From assembly GCA_002269645.1 (NCBI GenBank), contig NIVC01000337.1:124001-188000 (forward strand): 64,000 nucleotides of DNA, in the 5' to 3' direction. Of the stretch, positions 34,791 to 49,100 are shown piece by piece. The stretch comes from Macrostomum lignano (lineage: Eukaryota). The notes beneath the pieces were generated by a model that was not told the origin of the DNA, ran no database searches, and saw nothing but the letters and a program-made list of their open reading frames with translations. The first letter of the stretch is position 1; each line of letters begins with the position of its first letter. A program made the translations under genes and the position numbers.

Positions 34791-35679
34791 CAGAATCTCC
34801 CTTAGACCGCTTGAGTCCCCACCCTGCAGAAAGGCGGGCCAGCTGCTCCGGAACGGCACCTCAGTTGGAGAGCTTGGGAAACCTTCGCCAAGTGGGGCGA
34901 TGGGGCAAACAGGGAAGTGAGTGGAAAACTGGATTCCACCGTACGGGTAGACACGAAATCGATAGCAGAGTAGATGAAGAATGACGAGAGGCTGGAGGAG
35001 ACACGGCAGCAGCGACTGTCTGTCAACAGAGTCCTCAGCCCCAAAACCCGAAGTTTTCTGGGTAGAGACGAGAAACCAGGAGCTCCCAGTTGTGACTGGA
35101 AGACCGAATCTGCGTGTTCACATGCTTTGTGGGTCCATGCTGCTGTCCCATGTCCCTCTGCCCAGCCGCTCAGCACTGCATTTTTGCATTCTGTTACAAT
35201 GCTGTCACCAATCGTTACATATCTTCAGAATTTCGTGCATATCTAATTCCTTTGCTTGATTTTCCTTTCTTTTGCCCAGGCGCTGGCTCTACCAATCACA
35301 TTGTCATTGTCAGCAAACTACTTAAACTGGCATCTCTTAAAGCCAGTCAGCCGTGAGCTGAGGGGTCTCAAGCCCCTGCCCCTCGGGGTTCGCTGATCAA
35401 TAAAGGGGCCGCCTAGCAGAGAGAGAAATTCATTCGCATGAAGTGGCTGCTATTTTTAGCCTGACTGCATCTTTTGCTGGCAAGCTTGAAAAAGTGCAGC
35501 CAGCAGATCCATTGGCTGCTGCTTCACTGTGCGCGCCTGGCTTTGGCCTGGGGTGCCAACTGGGGCTGCCTGTGCGCCCGGGGCACTGGGAATGGCGATG
35601 CCACTGCGGCCCTAGGAGTTGGAGTCCTAGTGTCTGTCCCAGTGTATCCTTACTACAGACATACAGACAGAGACAGACA

Positions 35680-35695
35680 GAATGAAATGACAGGC

Positions 35696-35740
<45 letters not shown>

Positions 35741-35771
35741 GGCAGACAGACAGACAGACAGACAGACAGGC

Positions 35772-35834
<63 letters not shown>

Positions 35835-35848
35835 GCAGACAGGCAGGC

Positions 35849-35905
<57 letters not shown>

Positions 35906-35968
35906 GGCAGACAGACAGACAGGCAGACAGACAGACAGGCAGACAGACAGACAGACAGACAGACAGGC

Positions 35969-36009
<41 letters not shown>

Positions 36010-36012
36010 GGC

Positions 36013-36055
<43 letters not shown>

Positions 36056-36098
36056 AAGACAGAAAGACAGGCAGGCAGACAGACAGACAGACAGACAG
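35680..36098. repeat. (GACA)n microsatellite
   Basis: Direct reading. Confidence 0.97.
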
Positions 36099-36574
36099 CC
36101 TCGTTCCCCTGCTCACAGGCATCGAACCCTTTCAGCGCTTTTACCGTCGCTCAATTTCGCGCTGAGTGGCGCCTGTCCGTCAATGCTGCAATAAAAACGG
36201 GGGGTTTTACAAAATAGAAACCTGAAAATTACGGAGAAAATGCCGCCCATTTCTCGAACGATAAAGCCGCTCGATTGTCCAAACTGCCCTTGTCCACTCC
36301 AACTCCCAGATGCAAACATGGAGACAAGAGAGAACTGTCCGCTTGGTGAGCCAGCAGGGGCAATTTATCCTCAGGAGACCCGGCCTTGGGGGTGGCTGGG
36401 ACTCTGCTTCTGTCAGCCAACAAAGAAGAGGGCGGAAGAATTTCGGAAGCATTCCAGATCAAAAAATGGAAAAATCTTTTCGCGTTCTGTGTTTTGTAAA
36501 AAAGTTTTCCGTGTCGCTTATTGACTCTTCTAGCTGGGGACATCCTGCTATCACAGGGCCTGCCCGCTGCTTTG

Positions 36575-37255
36575 CTTTATCTCTCCCGCTCTCTCTCCCG
36601 CCCTCTCTCCCGCCTTCTCCCGCTCTCTCTCCCACTCTCTCTCCCGCCCTCTCTCCCGCCTTCTCCCGCTCTCTCTCCCACTCTCTCTCCCGCCCTCTCT
36701 CCCGCCTTCTCCCGCTCTCTCTCCCGCTCTCTCTCCCGCCTTCTCTCCCGCCCTCTCTCCCGCCCTCTCTCCCGCCTTCTCCCGCTCTCTCTCCCACTCT
36801 CTCTCCCGCCCTCTCTCCCGCCTTCTCCCGCTCTCTCTCCCGCTCTCTCTCCCGCCTTCTCTCCCGCCCTCTCTCCCGCCCTCTCTCCCGCCTTCTCCCG
36901 CTCTCTCTCCCGCTCTCTCTCCCGCCCTCTCTCCCGCCTTCTCCCGCTCTCTCTCCCGCCTTCTCTCCCGCCCTCTCTCCCGCCCTCTCTCCCGCCTTCT
37001 CCCGCTCTCTCTCCCGCTCTCTCTCCCGCCCTCTCTCCCGCCCTCTCTCCGCCCTCTCTCCCGCCCTCTCTCCCGCCCTCTCTCCCGCCCTCTCTCCCGC
37101 CCTCTCTCCCGCCTTCTCCCGCCTTCTCCCGCCCTCTCTCCCGCCCTCCCTCCCGCTCTCTCTCCCGCCCTCTCTCCCGCCCTCTCCCGCCCTCTCCCGC
37201 CATCCCTCCCGCTCTCTCTCCCGCCCTCCCTCCCGCCCTCTCTCCCGCCCTCAAA
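36575..37255. repeat. Pyrimidine-rich (CTCTCTCCCGCC)-type repeat
   Basis: Direct reading. Confidence 0.95.
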
Positions 37256-37889
37256 GCCTTAATCCCCAGTCCGCGCCAGTTTCGCCTGTTTACTCAGTCG
37301 CTCCCGCTAGCCGGGGATAAAAGTGCAGGCAAAAAAATATCCCAAGCAGGCAGGCTGGCAGGAGGAACCAGGCGATCCTGAGCTTTTGAAAATTCACGGT
37401 GGGTGGCCCTAACAATGGGTGAAGTCCGGTTTGATTGGCAGGTGCTTCATTGCCCACCTGAGGACCGGGCCGTGCGCAGAGCAATGTGGGAACTGGCTTT
37501 ATCATATTAGAATAAAATAAATGCTCACCAACCCACTCGTGCTGTAAAATTTAGAGTTCAACGTGAAATATAATTAGTAATATCCAGACTATGACAAATT
37601 TCTAATATTAATTTAAACAAGAAACCTTACGCAATTTTTTTTCAAATTTGTACGATAAATTTCCTTCTAACTGGTAGGTGGGCTAAAGTCCAGTGGGTCA
37701 TCCAAGCGGCTTGATCCGCCCCGCCCCCGCTCCGATCACGTGAGGTTATCTTATCCGGCTCCTCTGTTACAGTTAGCGTTAATCCTCCCTTTAGCCAGAG
37801 GACATTATCCGATAGGTTTGATTGACAGCTCAGCGGCTCTTAGAGGCGGTGGCGGCGGCTCAAGCCAGCTGTTTGCGCATTTCAAATGT

Positions 37890-38278
37890 GTGCTGCGATT
37901 CTATACTGAGCTGCCCACCTATGGCTGCTTGTGCTGCGATTCTATACTGAGCTGCCCACCTATGGCTGCTTGTGCTGCGATTCTATACTGAGCTGCCCAC
38001 CTATGGCTGCTTGTGCTGCGATTCTATACTGAGCTGCCCACCTATGGCTGCTTGTGCTGCGATTCTATACTGAGCTGCCCACCTATGGCTGCTTGTGCTG
38101 CGATTCTATACTGAGCTGCCCACCTATGGCTGCTTGTGCTGCGATTCTATACTGAGCTGCCCACCTATGGCTACTTGCGCTGCGATTCTATACTGAGCTG
38201 CCCACCTATGGCTGCTTGTGCTGCGATTCTATACTGAGCTGCCCACCTATGGCTACTTGCGCTGCGATTCTATACTGA
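37890..38278. repeat. 41-bp tandem repeat (GTGCTGCGATTCTATACTGAGCTGCCCACCTATGGCTGCTT)n
   Basis: Period 41 counted (37931 to 37972); no spacers. Confidence 0.96.
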
Positions 38279-38590
38279 GAGAGGAGAGAAAGGAGAGAGA
38301 GGAGAGAGGGAAGATGAGAGAGGAGAGAGATGAGAGAAGAGAGAGGAAAGAGGGGAGAGGAGAGAAGAGAGAGAGGAGAGAGAAGAGAGAGGAGAGAGGG
38401 GAGAGGAGAGAAGAGAGGAGAGAGGAGAGAGAGAGGAGAGAGAGGAGAGAGGAGAGAGGGGAGAGGAGAGAGGAGAGAGGAGAGAGAGGAAAGAGAGGAG
38501 AGAGGAGAGAGATGAGACAGGAGAGAGAGTAGAGAGGAGAGAGAGGAGAGAGGAGAGAGGAGAGAGAATAGAGAGGAGAGAGGAGAGAGG

Positions 38591-38661
<71 letters not shown>

Positions 38662-38700
38662 GGGGGAAGAAAGAGGGGAGAGAGGAGTTGGGAGAGGAAA
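38278..38700. repeat. Purine-rich GA/GGAGA low-complexity tract
   Basis: Direct reading. Confidence 0.95.
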
Positions 38701-39399
38701 ATGGAAAATGGACAGAGTGCAGGGAGAGGGCGCACAGAGTGGACAGGGTGTCAGATGCAGTCAGCAGAGTGCAGGCAAATTGGGCACCGTGGAAGGCAAC
38801 ACAGACAAAAGTTGGAGCAGTTATCGCACCGCAGCCGCAGTGAGAGAAGTAAGCAACCTGCCCGGTGCCCCGGGTTCTCACCCCGCTCCTGGGCAATCCG
38901 TTGTGGCCAGCCAGAGAAAGCAAATGCAAATTCAAATGCATCCACACTACACCAGCCCCTGTCTGTGTTAAACAGCTGAGCCATGCAGTCGCAGGCTGCT
39001 GATGCCACAGCCCCGCCGCTCTCTCGGCACTTCATCTGCCTGTCGTTCACCGCAGGCAAAGCCAGTGCATTACCAGCCAGCGTTTTTTAATCGAAATCGC
39101 TTCAAACTCCGCTTTGCTGCTGGCGATGGATTATCCCGAGACTGGGAGATGGAGAACCGCCCGCCCCCGTCCCCCGGTCGCGGGATCGATGCCCCATTCT
39201 CCCATTTTCTCCCCTGAAACAAGCTGCTTCTCCCCTGAGATCCGTTCCGCACTGCTAGCCAGGTGTTTGGCACGTGTTGGAAATCAATGCCTACGGAATC
39301 TTTTGGGAATAAAAAATTGAAGCGAATTGCATTCGAAATGCGAGCTTAGACGGCAGTTTTTAGGGGCCCGATTCAGGTTGAGGAAAATTGAGGGGGTAA

Positions 39400-41240
39400 T
39401 GAGAGAAGGGAGAGGCAGGGAGAGGGGATCAGGGAGAGGGGAAGAGGAGAGGGGAACAGGGAGAGGGGAAGAGGAGATGGGAACAGGGAGAGGGGAAGAA
39501 GAGAAGGGAACAGGGAGAGGGGAAGAAGAGAAGGGAACAGGGAGAGGGGAAGAAGAGAAGGGAACAGGGAGAGGGGAAGAAGAGAGAGAGAGGAAGAAAA
39601 CAAAGGGAATAGGAAGAGGGGAACATGGGAAGAAGAAAGAAAGAGGAAGAGGAGAAGGGAAGAAAGAGAAAGGATGAGGGAGAGAGGGGTGAGAGAAGGG
39701 TAGTGAGGGAGAATAGAGAAAGAGGGAGGGTAGAGAAAAGGAGGGCAGGGAGAGGGGATCAGGGAGAGGGGAAGAGGAGATGGGAACAGGGAGAGGGGAA
39801 GAGGAGATGGGAACAGGGAGAGGGGAAGAAGAGAAGGGAACAGGGAGAGGGGAAGAAGAGAAGGGAACAGGGAGAGGGGAAGAAGAGAAGGGAACAGGGA
39901 GAGGGGAAGAAGAGAGAGAGAGGAAGAAAACAAAAGGAATAGGAAGAGGGGAACATGGGAAGAAGAAAGAAAGAGGAAGAGGAGAAGGGAAGAAAGAGAA
40001 AGGATGAGGGAGAGAGGGGTGAGAGAAGGGTAGTGAGGGAGAATAGAGAAAGAGGGAGGGTAGAGAAAAGGAGGGCAGGGAGAGGGGATCAGGGAGAGGG
40101 GAAGAGGAGATGGGAACAGGGAGAGGGGAAGAGGAGATGGGAACAGGGAGAGGGGAAGAAGAGAAGGGAACAGGGAGAGGGGAAGAAGAGAAGGGAACAG
40201 GGAGAGGGGAAGAAGAGAAGGGAACAGGGAGAGGGGAAGAAGAGAGAGAGAGGAAGAAAACAAAAGGAATAGGAAGAGGGAACATGGGAAGAAGAAAGAA
40301 AGAGGAAGAGGAGAAGGGAAGAAAGAGAAAGGATGAGGGAGAGAGGGGTGAGAGAAGGGTAGTGAGGGAGAATAGAGAAAGAGGGAGGGTAGAGAAAAGG
40401 AGGGCAGGGAGAGGGGATCAGGGAGAGGGGAAGAGGAGATGGGAACAGGGAGAGGGGAAGAAGAGATGGGAACAGGTAGAGGGGAGTAGGAGAGGGGAAC
40501 AGGGAGAGGGGAAGAGGAGAAGGGAACAGGGAGAGGGGAAGAGGAGATGGGAACAGGGAGAGGGGAAGAGGAGATGGGAACAGGGAGAGGGGAAGAGGAG
40601 ATGGGAACAGGTAGAGGGGAGGAGGAGAGGGGAACAGGGAGAGGAGAAGAAGAGATGGGAACAGGTAGAGGGGAGGAGGAGAGGGGAACAGGGAGAGGAG
40701 AAGAAGAGATGGGAACAGGTAGAGGGGAGGAGGAGAGGGGAACAGGGAGAGGAGAAGAAGAGATGGGAACAGGTAGAGGGGAGGAGGAGAGGGGAACAGG
40801 GAGAGGAGAAGAAGAGATGGGAACAGGTAGAGGGGAGGAGGAGAGGGGAACAGGGAGAGGGGAAGAGGAGAAGGGAACAGGGAGAGGGGAATAGGGAGAG
40901 GGGATCAGGGAGAAGGGAACAGGGAGAGGGGAAGAAGAGAAGGGAACAGGGAGAGGGGAAGAGGAGATGGGAACAGGGAGAGGGGAGGAGGAGATGGGAA
41001 CAGGGAGAGGGGAATAGGGAGAGGGGATCAGGGAGAAGGGAACAGGGTAGGGGAAAAGAGAGAGAGAGGAAGAAAACAAAGGGAATAGGAAGAGGGGAAC
41101 ATGGGAAGAAGAAAGAAAGAGGAAGAGGAGAAGGGAAGAAAGAGAAAGGATGAGGGAGAGAGGGGGTGAGAGAAGGGTAGTGAGGGAGAATAGAGAACGA
41201 AGGAGGTAGAGATAAGGAGGGCAGGGAGAGGGTGAGAGAG
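39400..41240. repeat. Purine-rich repeat with a 330-bp higher-order unit
   Basis: Marker GGAAGAAAACAAA(G/A)GGAATAGG recurs near 39592, 39922, 40252 and again near 41068. Confidence 0.93.
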
Positions 41241-41684
41241 GCAGTGATGGTGAGGGAGATTGGGCTGACAGGTCAAACTCCCTCGTTTTTAAGAAGCGGC
41301 TGGCCGCTCAGAGCGCACTGGGATCTCCTGTTTGAGGGGCTTACGATGCCATGCCGCGCTCGGATGGAGATGCGGGGATCAGCCAAGCCCCAGACACTCG
41401 GAGATTCCATTGCGTGTTGCGGAAGGCTTCAAATGAGGGATTATCCAGTCACAGGAGTCCCGCTATTCAAACTTCAGCCTTCCTTACCTCTTTCAGATTC
41501 TTTTCTATCCCGCGACTTTTTGAGCTGGGGGGAGGGGGGGCTGCGGTGGAAGATTTTTGTGCTATTGAGGATATGGGATTTCCGAATTTCAAGCTCTTTG
41601 AGTTTTTGAGAAATCCGCTTCCCCCACCGGGAAAAGGAAAATTTAAGTTTTTCACGAGTGAAAGGAGTAATACCTGAAAAGTGA

Positions 41685-42600
41685 AGGGATGCAGGAGTAG
41701 AATGGATTGCTAATCTAGCCTATCATGGATGCAGGAGTAGAATGGATTGCTAATCTAGCCTATCATGGATGCAGGAATAGAATGGATTGCTAATCTAGCC
41801 TATCATAGATGCAGGAGTAGAATGGATTGCTAATCTAGCCTATCATGGATGCAGGAATAGAATGGATTGCTAATCTAGCCTATCATGGGTGCAGGAGTAG
41901 AATGGATTGCTAATCTAGCCTATCATGGATGCAGGAATAGAATGGATTGCTAATCTAGCCTATCATGGATGCAGGAGTAGAATGGATTGCTAATCTAGCC
42001 TATCATGGATGCAGGAATAGAATGGATTGCTAATCTAGCCTATCATGGATGCAGGAGTAGAATGGATTGCTAATCTAGCCTATCATGGATGCAGGAGTAG
42101 AATGGATTGCTAATCTAGCCTATCATGGATGCAGGAGTAGAATGGATTGCTAATCTAGCCTATCATGGATGCAGGAGTAGAATGGATTGCTAATCTAGCC
42201 TATCATGGATGCAGGAGTAGAATGGATTGCTAATCTAGCCTATCATGGATGCAGGAGTAGAATGGATTGCTAATCTAGCCTATCATGGATGCAGGAATAG
42301 AATGGATTGCTAATCTAGCCTATCATGGGTGCAGGAGTAGAATGGATTGCTAATCTAGCCTATCATGGGTGCAGGAATAGAATGGATTGCTAATCTAGCC
42401 TATCATGGATGCAGGAATAGAATGGATTGCTAATCTAGCCTATCATGGGTGCAGGAATAGAATGGATTGCTAATCTAGCCTATCATGGATGCAGGAATAG
42501 AATGGATTGCTAATCTAGCCTATCATGGATGCAGGAATAGAATGGATTGCTAATCTAGCCTATCATGGGTGCAGGAATAGAATGGATTGCTAATCTAGCT
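41685..42600. repeat. 40-bp tandem repeat (GATGCAGGAGTAGAATGGATTGCTAATCTAGCCTATCATG)n
   Basis: Period 40, near-identical units, no spacers. Confidence 0.97.
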
Positions 42601-43101
42601 AAATCAGATGAAAGAATTCAGTGAAGCTCGAGTCCAAGCCGCTCACGGATACTCAGGACTGAAGTGTGTCGAACCCAAGCAACTCGCATGGCTGTACAGA
42701 GCTGAGCAGAGCTGAGCACACAGAGCAGAACAGCTCAAGTTGCACGCTAGGGGGTGGGGCGGGGGTTGCGACAGAGGTGGGCTCCGCCAGTCCCGACAGA
42801 ATAATGCGTTGAGAACAAGTGAAAGGTATGAAAAAATCTTCTAGAGGCAGAGCTGCTGCAACAAGAGCTCAGAGAGACATTGTGCAGAGACTTGCACTGA
42901 GGTGGGCGGGCCGCTCCCTCCGTTCTTGCAGAAACTTTCTCTCTCAACAAGAGCCACTCTGGCTGCTTTGTGTTCCAATCTTCTTTTTATCGAGCTGTCG
43001 AGCTTGAGACCTTTTTTCTCTGGAATTAACTCTTTGATTCCTAGAACGCAAGGAATTTGAATTGGCGAACTTCTGTCTGCTTCTGGCCAGCCTGTGAGGA
43101 A

Positions 43102-46100
43102 ATGAAAGCTGAGCGGCAATGGCGGCTGCGGCTTCCCGAGCCTCCGCCGCTGAGGCAGCCCACCTGGTGAGGGAGACTCGCTGGGCCTCCGCGTATATCT
43201 GGGATAGAGTTGAGTGGAGCTGGGATAGAGTTGAGTGGAGCTGGGATAGAGTTGAGTGGAACTGGGATAGAGTTGAGTGGAACTGGGATAGAGTTGAGTG
43301 GAGCTGAACTGGGATAGATTCTCTGATAGATTCAGAGTGGACTGAGATAGATTCAAAGGGACTGGGATAGATTCGGGGAGACGGGATAGATTCGGAGGGA
43401 CGGGGCAGATTCGGGGGGACTGGGATAGATTCGGAGGGACGGGACAGATTCGGAGGGACGGGACAGATTCGGAGAGACGGGACAGATTCGGAGGGACGGG
43501 ATAGATTCGGAGGGACGGGACAGATTCGGAGAGACGGGACAGATTCGGAGGGACGGGACAGATTCGGAGGGACGGGACAGATTCGGAGGGACGGGATAAA
43601 AGTGTTGACACAGTGCAGTAGTTCTGTCCCAGCCGAAAGCAGAGAGAGCAGAAAGCAGATGCAAAAGTCAGATGCAAAGCGCGCGGAACTCCGAGTCGGG
43701 TCGCCCGCACAACCGGTTTGAAGGCAGAGGCTCTGGCAAAAGAAAAAAAGAATCCCTGACAGACTTGGGGCAGCGGCGGCAAATATTTGCACTGGGCAGA
43801 GGAGGCGGCCTGGCAACCATCCCGGCGGATTGCTTTGGTTCCGCCCGGCCCGCCGAGCTCGAAATCCGATATTATCGCTGTGCTTTGTGGGGGTCGGGGC
43901 GGGTAGCCAGCAGCCTTCTGACTGCCAGTTGATTGACTGAACAAATTTCCGAGCATCTGTTCCGCTCCAGGTACCCCAGACTGCTGGCCAACCGGCCTTG
44001 GCTGGTGATTTCAGTGATCTTCGTCCTGTCCACCGCCTGCATGCTGTTCTGCCTGCTCACCTACGGACCGCCCAACTTCAAGCTGTCGCACAAGGTGAGG
44101 CGCGGGCGGAATGGGAGGGGGTCGGGTGTGCGGGGAGGCTGGATAGGGTGTGGAGGGGTTGGGAGGGATCAGAGAGCTTGTGAAGGGATCAGAGAGGGTT
44201 TGGTGGGGTCAGGGAGGGTGTGGAGGGATCAGAGAGGGTGTGAAGGGATCAGAGAGGGTGTGGAGGGATCAGAGAGGGTGTGGAGGGATCAGAGAGGGTG
44301 TGGAGGGATCAGAGAGAGTGTGTAGGGGTCAGAGAGGGTGTGGAGGGGTCAGAGAGAGTGTGGAGGGATCAGAGAGGGTGTGGAGGGATCAGAGAGAGTG
44401 TGTAGGGGTCAGAGAGGGTGTGGAGGGGTCAGAGAGAGTGTGTAGGGGTCAGAGAGAGTGTGTAGGGGTCAGAGAGAGTGTGTAGGGGTCAGAGAGAGTG
44501 TGTAGGGGTCAGAGAGAGTGTGTAGGGGTCAGAGAGAGTGTGTAGGGGTCAGAGAGAGTGTGTAGGGGTCAGAGAGAGTGTGTAGGGGTCAGAGAGAGTG
44601 TGTAGGGGTCAGAGAGAGTGTGTAGGGGTCAGAGAGAGTGTGTAGGGGTCAGAGAGAGTGTGTAGGGGTCAGAGAGAGTGTGTAAGGGTCAGAGAGAGTG
44701 TGTAGGGGTCAGAGAGAGTGTGTAGGGGTCAGAGAGAGTGTGTAGGGGTCAGAGAGAGTGTGTAGGGGTCAGAGAGAGTGTGCAGGGGTCAGAGAGAGTG
44801 TGTAGGGGTCAGAGAGAGTGTGTAGGGGTCAGAGAGGGTGTGGAGGGGTCAGAGAGAGTGTGCAGGGGTCAGAGAGAGTGTGTAGGGGTCAGAGAGAGTG
44901 TGTAGGGGTCAGAGAGAGTGTGGAGGGGTCAGAGAGAGTGTGTAGGGATCAAAGGGAGTGTGCAGGGGTCAGAGAGAGTGTGCAGGGGTCAGAGAGAGTG
45001 TGTAGGGGTCAGAGAGGGTGTGGAGGGGTCAGAGAGAGTGTGTAGGGGTCAAAGGGAGTGTGTAGGGGTCAGAGAGAGTGTGGAGACAAAAAATAGCGAC
45101 ATCAAACGACAAGTGAATTTTTAAGGTGTTTTGATGGCCATACCTTTTGGAATTACAATACGAGTACTCGTATCTGAGGCCCAAGCCAGCCAAATAGCAG
45201 TGCAATTGCCTGATTACAAATGAAGGTGAAGAAGCAAAGCAATCAGCGGTTATTATTAGTAATCAGCTGATGCGAACTCTCTGCATAATTAATAAATTCG
45301 AAGAGCTCTTGCGAGGCTAGCCAACGGGATGGGTGGGTGTGGCCATTGGCGCTGATGAAGTCCAGTTCTCGAGTGGGGTGGCCGCCTCTCCCTCACTTCG
45401 CTCCAAGTTTAGTGCACTTTTCAGCCGTGGTGAATTGTTGCTTATGGGAAGTCGGACAGATGACCGGAGAGTGGGCTGCTGGGGGCTGGGGCTCGAAGTC
45501 CAAGTGCACTTTCTGATCCGCCCGCCGCTCGGGGCTGACAGTGATTGACTCGAATGGACTTGACTTGAATCTTGAATCACTTCAGCGAAGTAGCCAGGGG
45601 GCAAAGGGGGTCCGCCCACCCCCCTCCACTCGGTTGGCTTTCGCCCCCGGTGCTTTCGCCCCCGGTGCTTTCGCCCCCGGTGCTTTCGCCCCCGGTGCTT
45701 TCGCTCCGGTGCTTTCGCCCCCGGTGCTTTCGCTCCGGTGCTTTCGCCCCCGGTGCTTTCGCCCCCGGTGCTTTCGCCCCCGGTGCTTTCGCTCCGGTGC
45801 TTTCGCCCCCGGTGCTTTCGCCCCCGGTGCTTTCGCCCCCGGTGCTTTCGCCCCCGGTGCTTTCGCCCCCGGTGCTTTCGCCCCCGGTGCTTTCGCCCCC
45901 GGTGCTTTCGCCCCCGGTGCTTTCGCCCCCGGTGCTTTCGCCCCCGGTGCTTTCGCCCCCGGTGCTTTCGCCCCCGGTGCTTTCGCCCCCGGTGCTTTCG
46001 CCCCCGGTGCTTTCGCCCCCGGTGCTTTCGCCCCCGGTGCTTTCGCCCCCGGTGCTTTCGCCCCCGGTGCTTTCGCCCCCGGTGCTTTCGCCCCGGTGCT

Positions 46101-49100
46101 TTCGCCCCCGGTGCTTTCGCCCCCGGTGCTTTCGCCCCCGGTGCTTTCGCCCCCGGTGCTTTCGCCCCCGGTGCTTTCGCCCCCGGTGCTTTCGCCCCGG
46201 TGCTTTCGCCCCCGGTGCTTTCGCCCCCGGTGCTTTCGCCCCCGGTGCTTTCGCCCCCGGTGCTTTCGCCCCCGGTGCTTTCGCCCCCGGTGCTTTCGCC
46301 CCCGGTGCTTTCGCCCCCGGTGCTTTCGCCCCCGGTGCTTTCGCCCCCGGTGCTTTCGCCCCCGGTGCCTGCGCCCCTCCGGTGCTTTCGCCCCCGGTGC
46401 TTTCGCCCCCGGTGCTTTCGCCCCCGGTGCTTTCGCCCCCGGTGCTTTCGCCCCCCCGGTGCTTGCACCCCCGGTGCTTTCGCCCCCAATTTCAAAAAAA
46501 AATCCTGCAACCCCCCTGAATGATTTCGAAGCCACAAGAAAGGCCATCCCCTCTGCCGATCCTCCCGCCAGGATTTTCTCACGGTCAACACGGACTACTC
46601 GGCCCGAATGATCCAAGTCAGCAGCCTGATCAACAATGGGAAAAAGTTTCCCAACTATATCGTGGAGGACTCCGGGCGCTGGAAGGAGAACGGCTCCCAC
46701 AGGGCGGACAGGCTGGCGAGAAACGCGGCAAGGACCAGTGAGGGGACCGAAGATGCGGGGAAGACCGACGAGACCGCTGAAGGACTGCGGCAGCTGGGAC
46801 GTGAGTGACTATTGGCTTTTCAGCATCTCACTCCGGGTCTCACTCTGGATCTCACTCTGGATCTCAGTCTGGATCTCACTCTGGATCTCAGTCTGGATCT
46901 CAGTCTGGATCTCACTCTGGATCTCACTCTGGATCTCACTCTGGATCTCACTCTGGATCTCACTCTGGATCTCACTCTGGATCTCACTCTGGATCTCACT
47001 CTGGATCTCACTCTGGATCTCACTCTGGATCTCACTCTGGATCTCACTCTGGATCTCACTCTGGATCTCACTCTGGATCTCACTCTGGATCTCACTCTGG
47101 ATCTCACTCTGGATCTCACTCTGGATCTCACTCTGGATCTCACTCTGGATCTCACTCTGGATTTCACTCTGAATCTCACTCTGGATCTCATCTTGAATCT
47201 CTCTGTGAATCTCACTTTGAATCTCTCCCTAAATTTCTGACAGCGTGCACTTAAGGTCTGCATGCATCAGCCGTGTTAGCTTTTCACAGTTTATTCCAAT
47301 GAAACAGCAGGGTCCGGGTTGTGTGCTTCATCAGCTGGGAGATGTGGCACAGTTTCCAGATTGCGCCGCCAGGCGGACAGTCTGGCAAGCAGGCAATTTC
47401 AGACTGATTGACTGGAAGGCGGGGAAGGAGAGGGCAGAGCGGAGAAAGCCGAGACTGTCCCCCGCACCCGAACACCCCAAGCCGAACCAGTTGATGGACC
47501 AAGCTGGCTGGCAAACTCTGCCGTGCACACACGCAAGCATAAAAGGTGTTTTTACGACTACTAAGCCGGCCGGCCCAGTTCCCCGACATCCTGCTGGGTC
47601 TTGTTGCTGTTCAAAATACAAGCTTTAATGCTATATTTACCCTCAACAAATGGAAGCCTACTAATAGTAGGCTATGATGGGAAAGCTGTTTAAACCCAGC
47701 CTTAATCCGTTAAGCCACCACTTTCGTAAACGCAGATCTGGACGCTGAACCTCGCTCCCTGCTGGAGAACCTGGCCGTGGTGTACTCTCTATCCGACGCG
47801 TACATTGCTGATCAGCAGGCGGCGGCCAGAGCAGGAAACTCCAGCAGCGACACCGGCGGCAGCGGGCCCGCCCCATCCGTGATGGATTTCGTACCGATGC
47901 GCAGCATCTGCGAGCTGGAGGAACGCCTGGCGGAGTCGCCAGCTTACAAGGACAAATGCTTCATGTTCGCTTCCTACACCAGGTGCAAGCCGGCGCTGTC
48001 GCTGCCCAACTTGGCCGCTAGTCTGGCCAACCTCACCAGCTGCAGGCAGCTGCGGCCCCGCCAGGTACGGCAGTGCTGCAGCTCATGCAACACAAAGCAC
48101 ACTGTTTGCTACAACACATGCAACACGAAGCACACTGCTTGCTGCAGCTCATGCAACACAAAGCACACTGTTTGCTACAACACATGCAACACGAAGCACA
48201 CTGCTTGCTGCAGCTCATGCAACACAAAGCACACTGCTTGCTGCAGCTCATGCAACACGAAGCACACTGCTTGCTGCAGCTCATGCAACACAAAGCACAC
48301 TGTTTGCTACAACACATGCAACACGAAGCACACTGCTTGCTGCAGCTCATGCAACACAAAGCACACTGCTTGCTGCAGCTCATGCAACACAAAGCACACT
48401 GCTTGCTGCAGCTCATGCAACACAAAGCACACTGCTTGCTACAGCTCATGCAACACGAAGCACACTGCTTGCTGCAGCTCATGCAACACAAAGCACACTG
48501 CTTGCTACAGCTCATGCAACACAAAGCACACTGCTTGCTGCAGCTCATGCAACACAAAGCACACTGCTTGCTGCAGCTCATGCAACACAAAGCACACTGC
48601 TTGCTATAACACATGCAACACAAAGCACAGAACAAATTCTCAAGCTCAACAATAGATTTAAAAAATATATATCTGCTGCACATCAGGTGGCGAAGTTCGT
48701 GGAGCTGCTGACTGACTGCGCGTCCTACCTGGACGGCAACTCCACCGGCCGCTGGCAGCCAACACCCGCCCGCTGTCAGCCGTGGCAGCTGGAGGCCGCC
48801 TATCGCTTAAACCTGCCCATCAACGCCGCTTCATCGCATAAAATTGTCCAGTCGGTGTTCCAGTTTCCTAACAACCGCTACGAAGTGTTTGCCGAGCTCG
48901 AGCGCCTGCAGAAACAGCCGCAGCATCATTCGATTCGGGTGGCTGGCATCTACATCAGCCCCACGGCAGAGCTTCAGCTTTACGGCGAGATCGTATTGAG
49001 CAGTCTGTCCTGGCTGTCCTTGGCAATCCTGGGCATCGCTCTGATTACCTGGGTGTACACCGAGTCGGCGCTGCTGGTGGCAGCCACTCTCTCCGTGATC

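Noticed and set aside
37890-42600. 40- and 41-bp regular arrays as possible CRISPR
   Set aside because: Head-to-tail repeats with no unique spacers, no cas genes, eukaryotic context.
43119-43307. ATG 43119 ORF as the Dispatched start
   Set aside because: Gives phase 0 at the 43167 donor while exon 2 needs phase 2; ATG 43102 fits and yields the WY motif.
35430-47263. RS-, RE-, GAKAP-, SLSP- and QTDR-repeat ORFs on both strands
   Set aside because: Translations of micro- and minisatellites.
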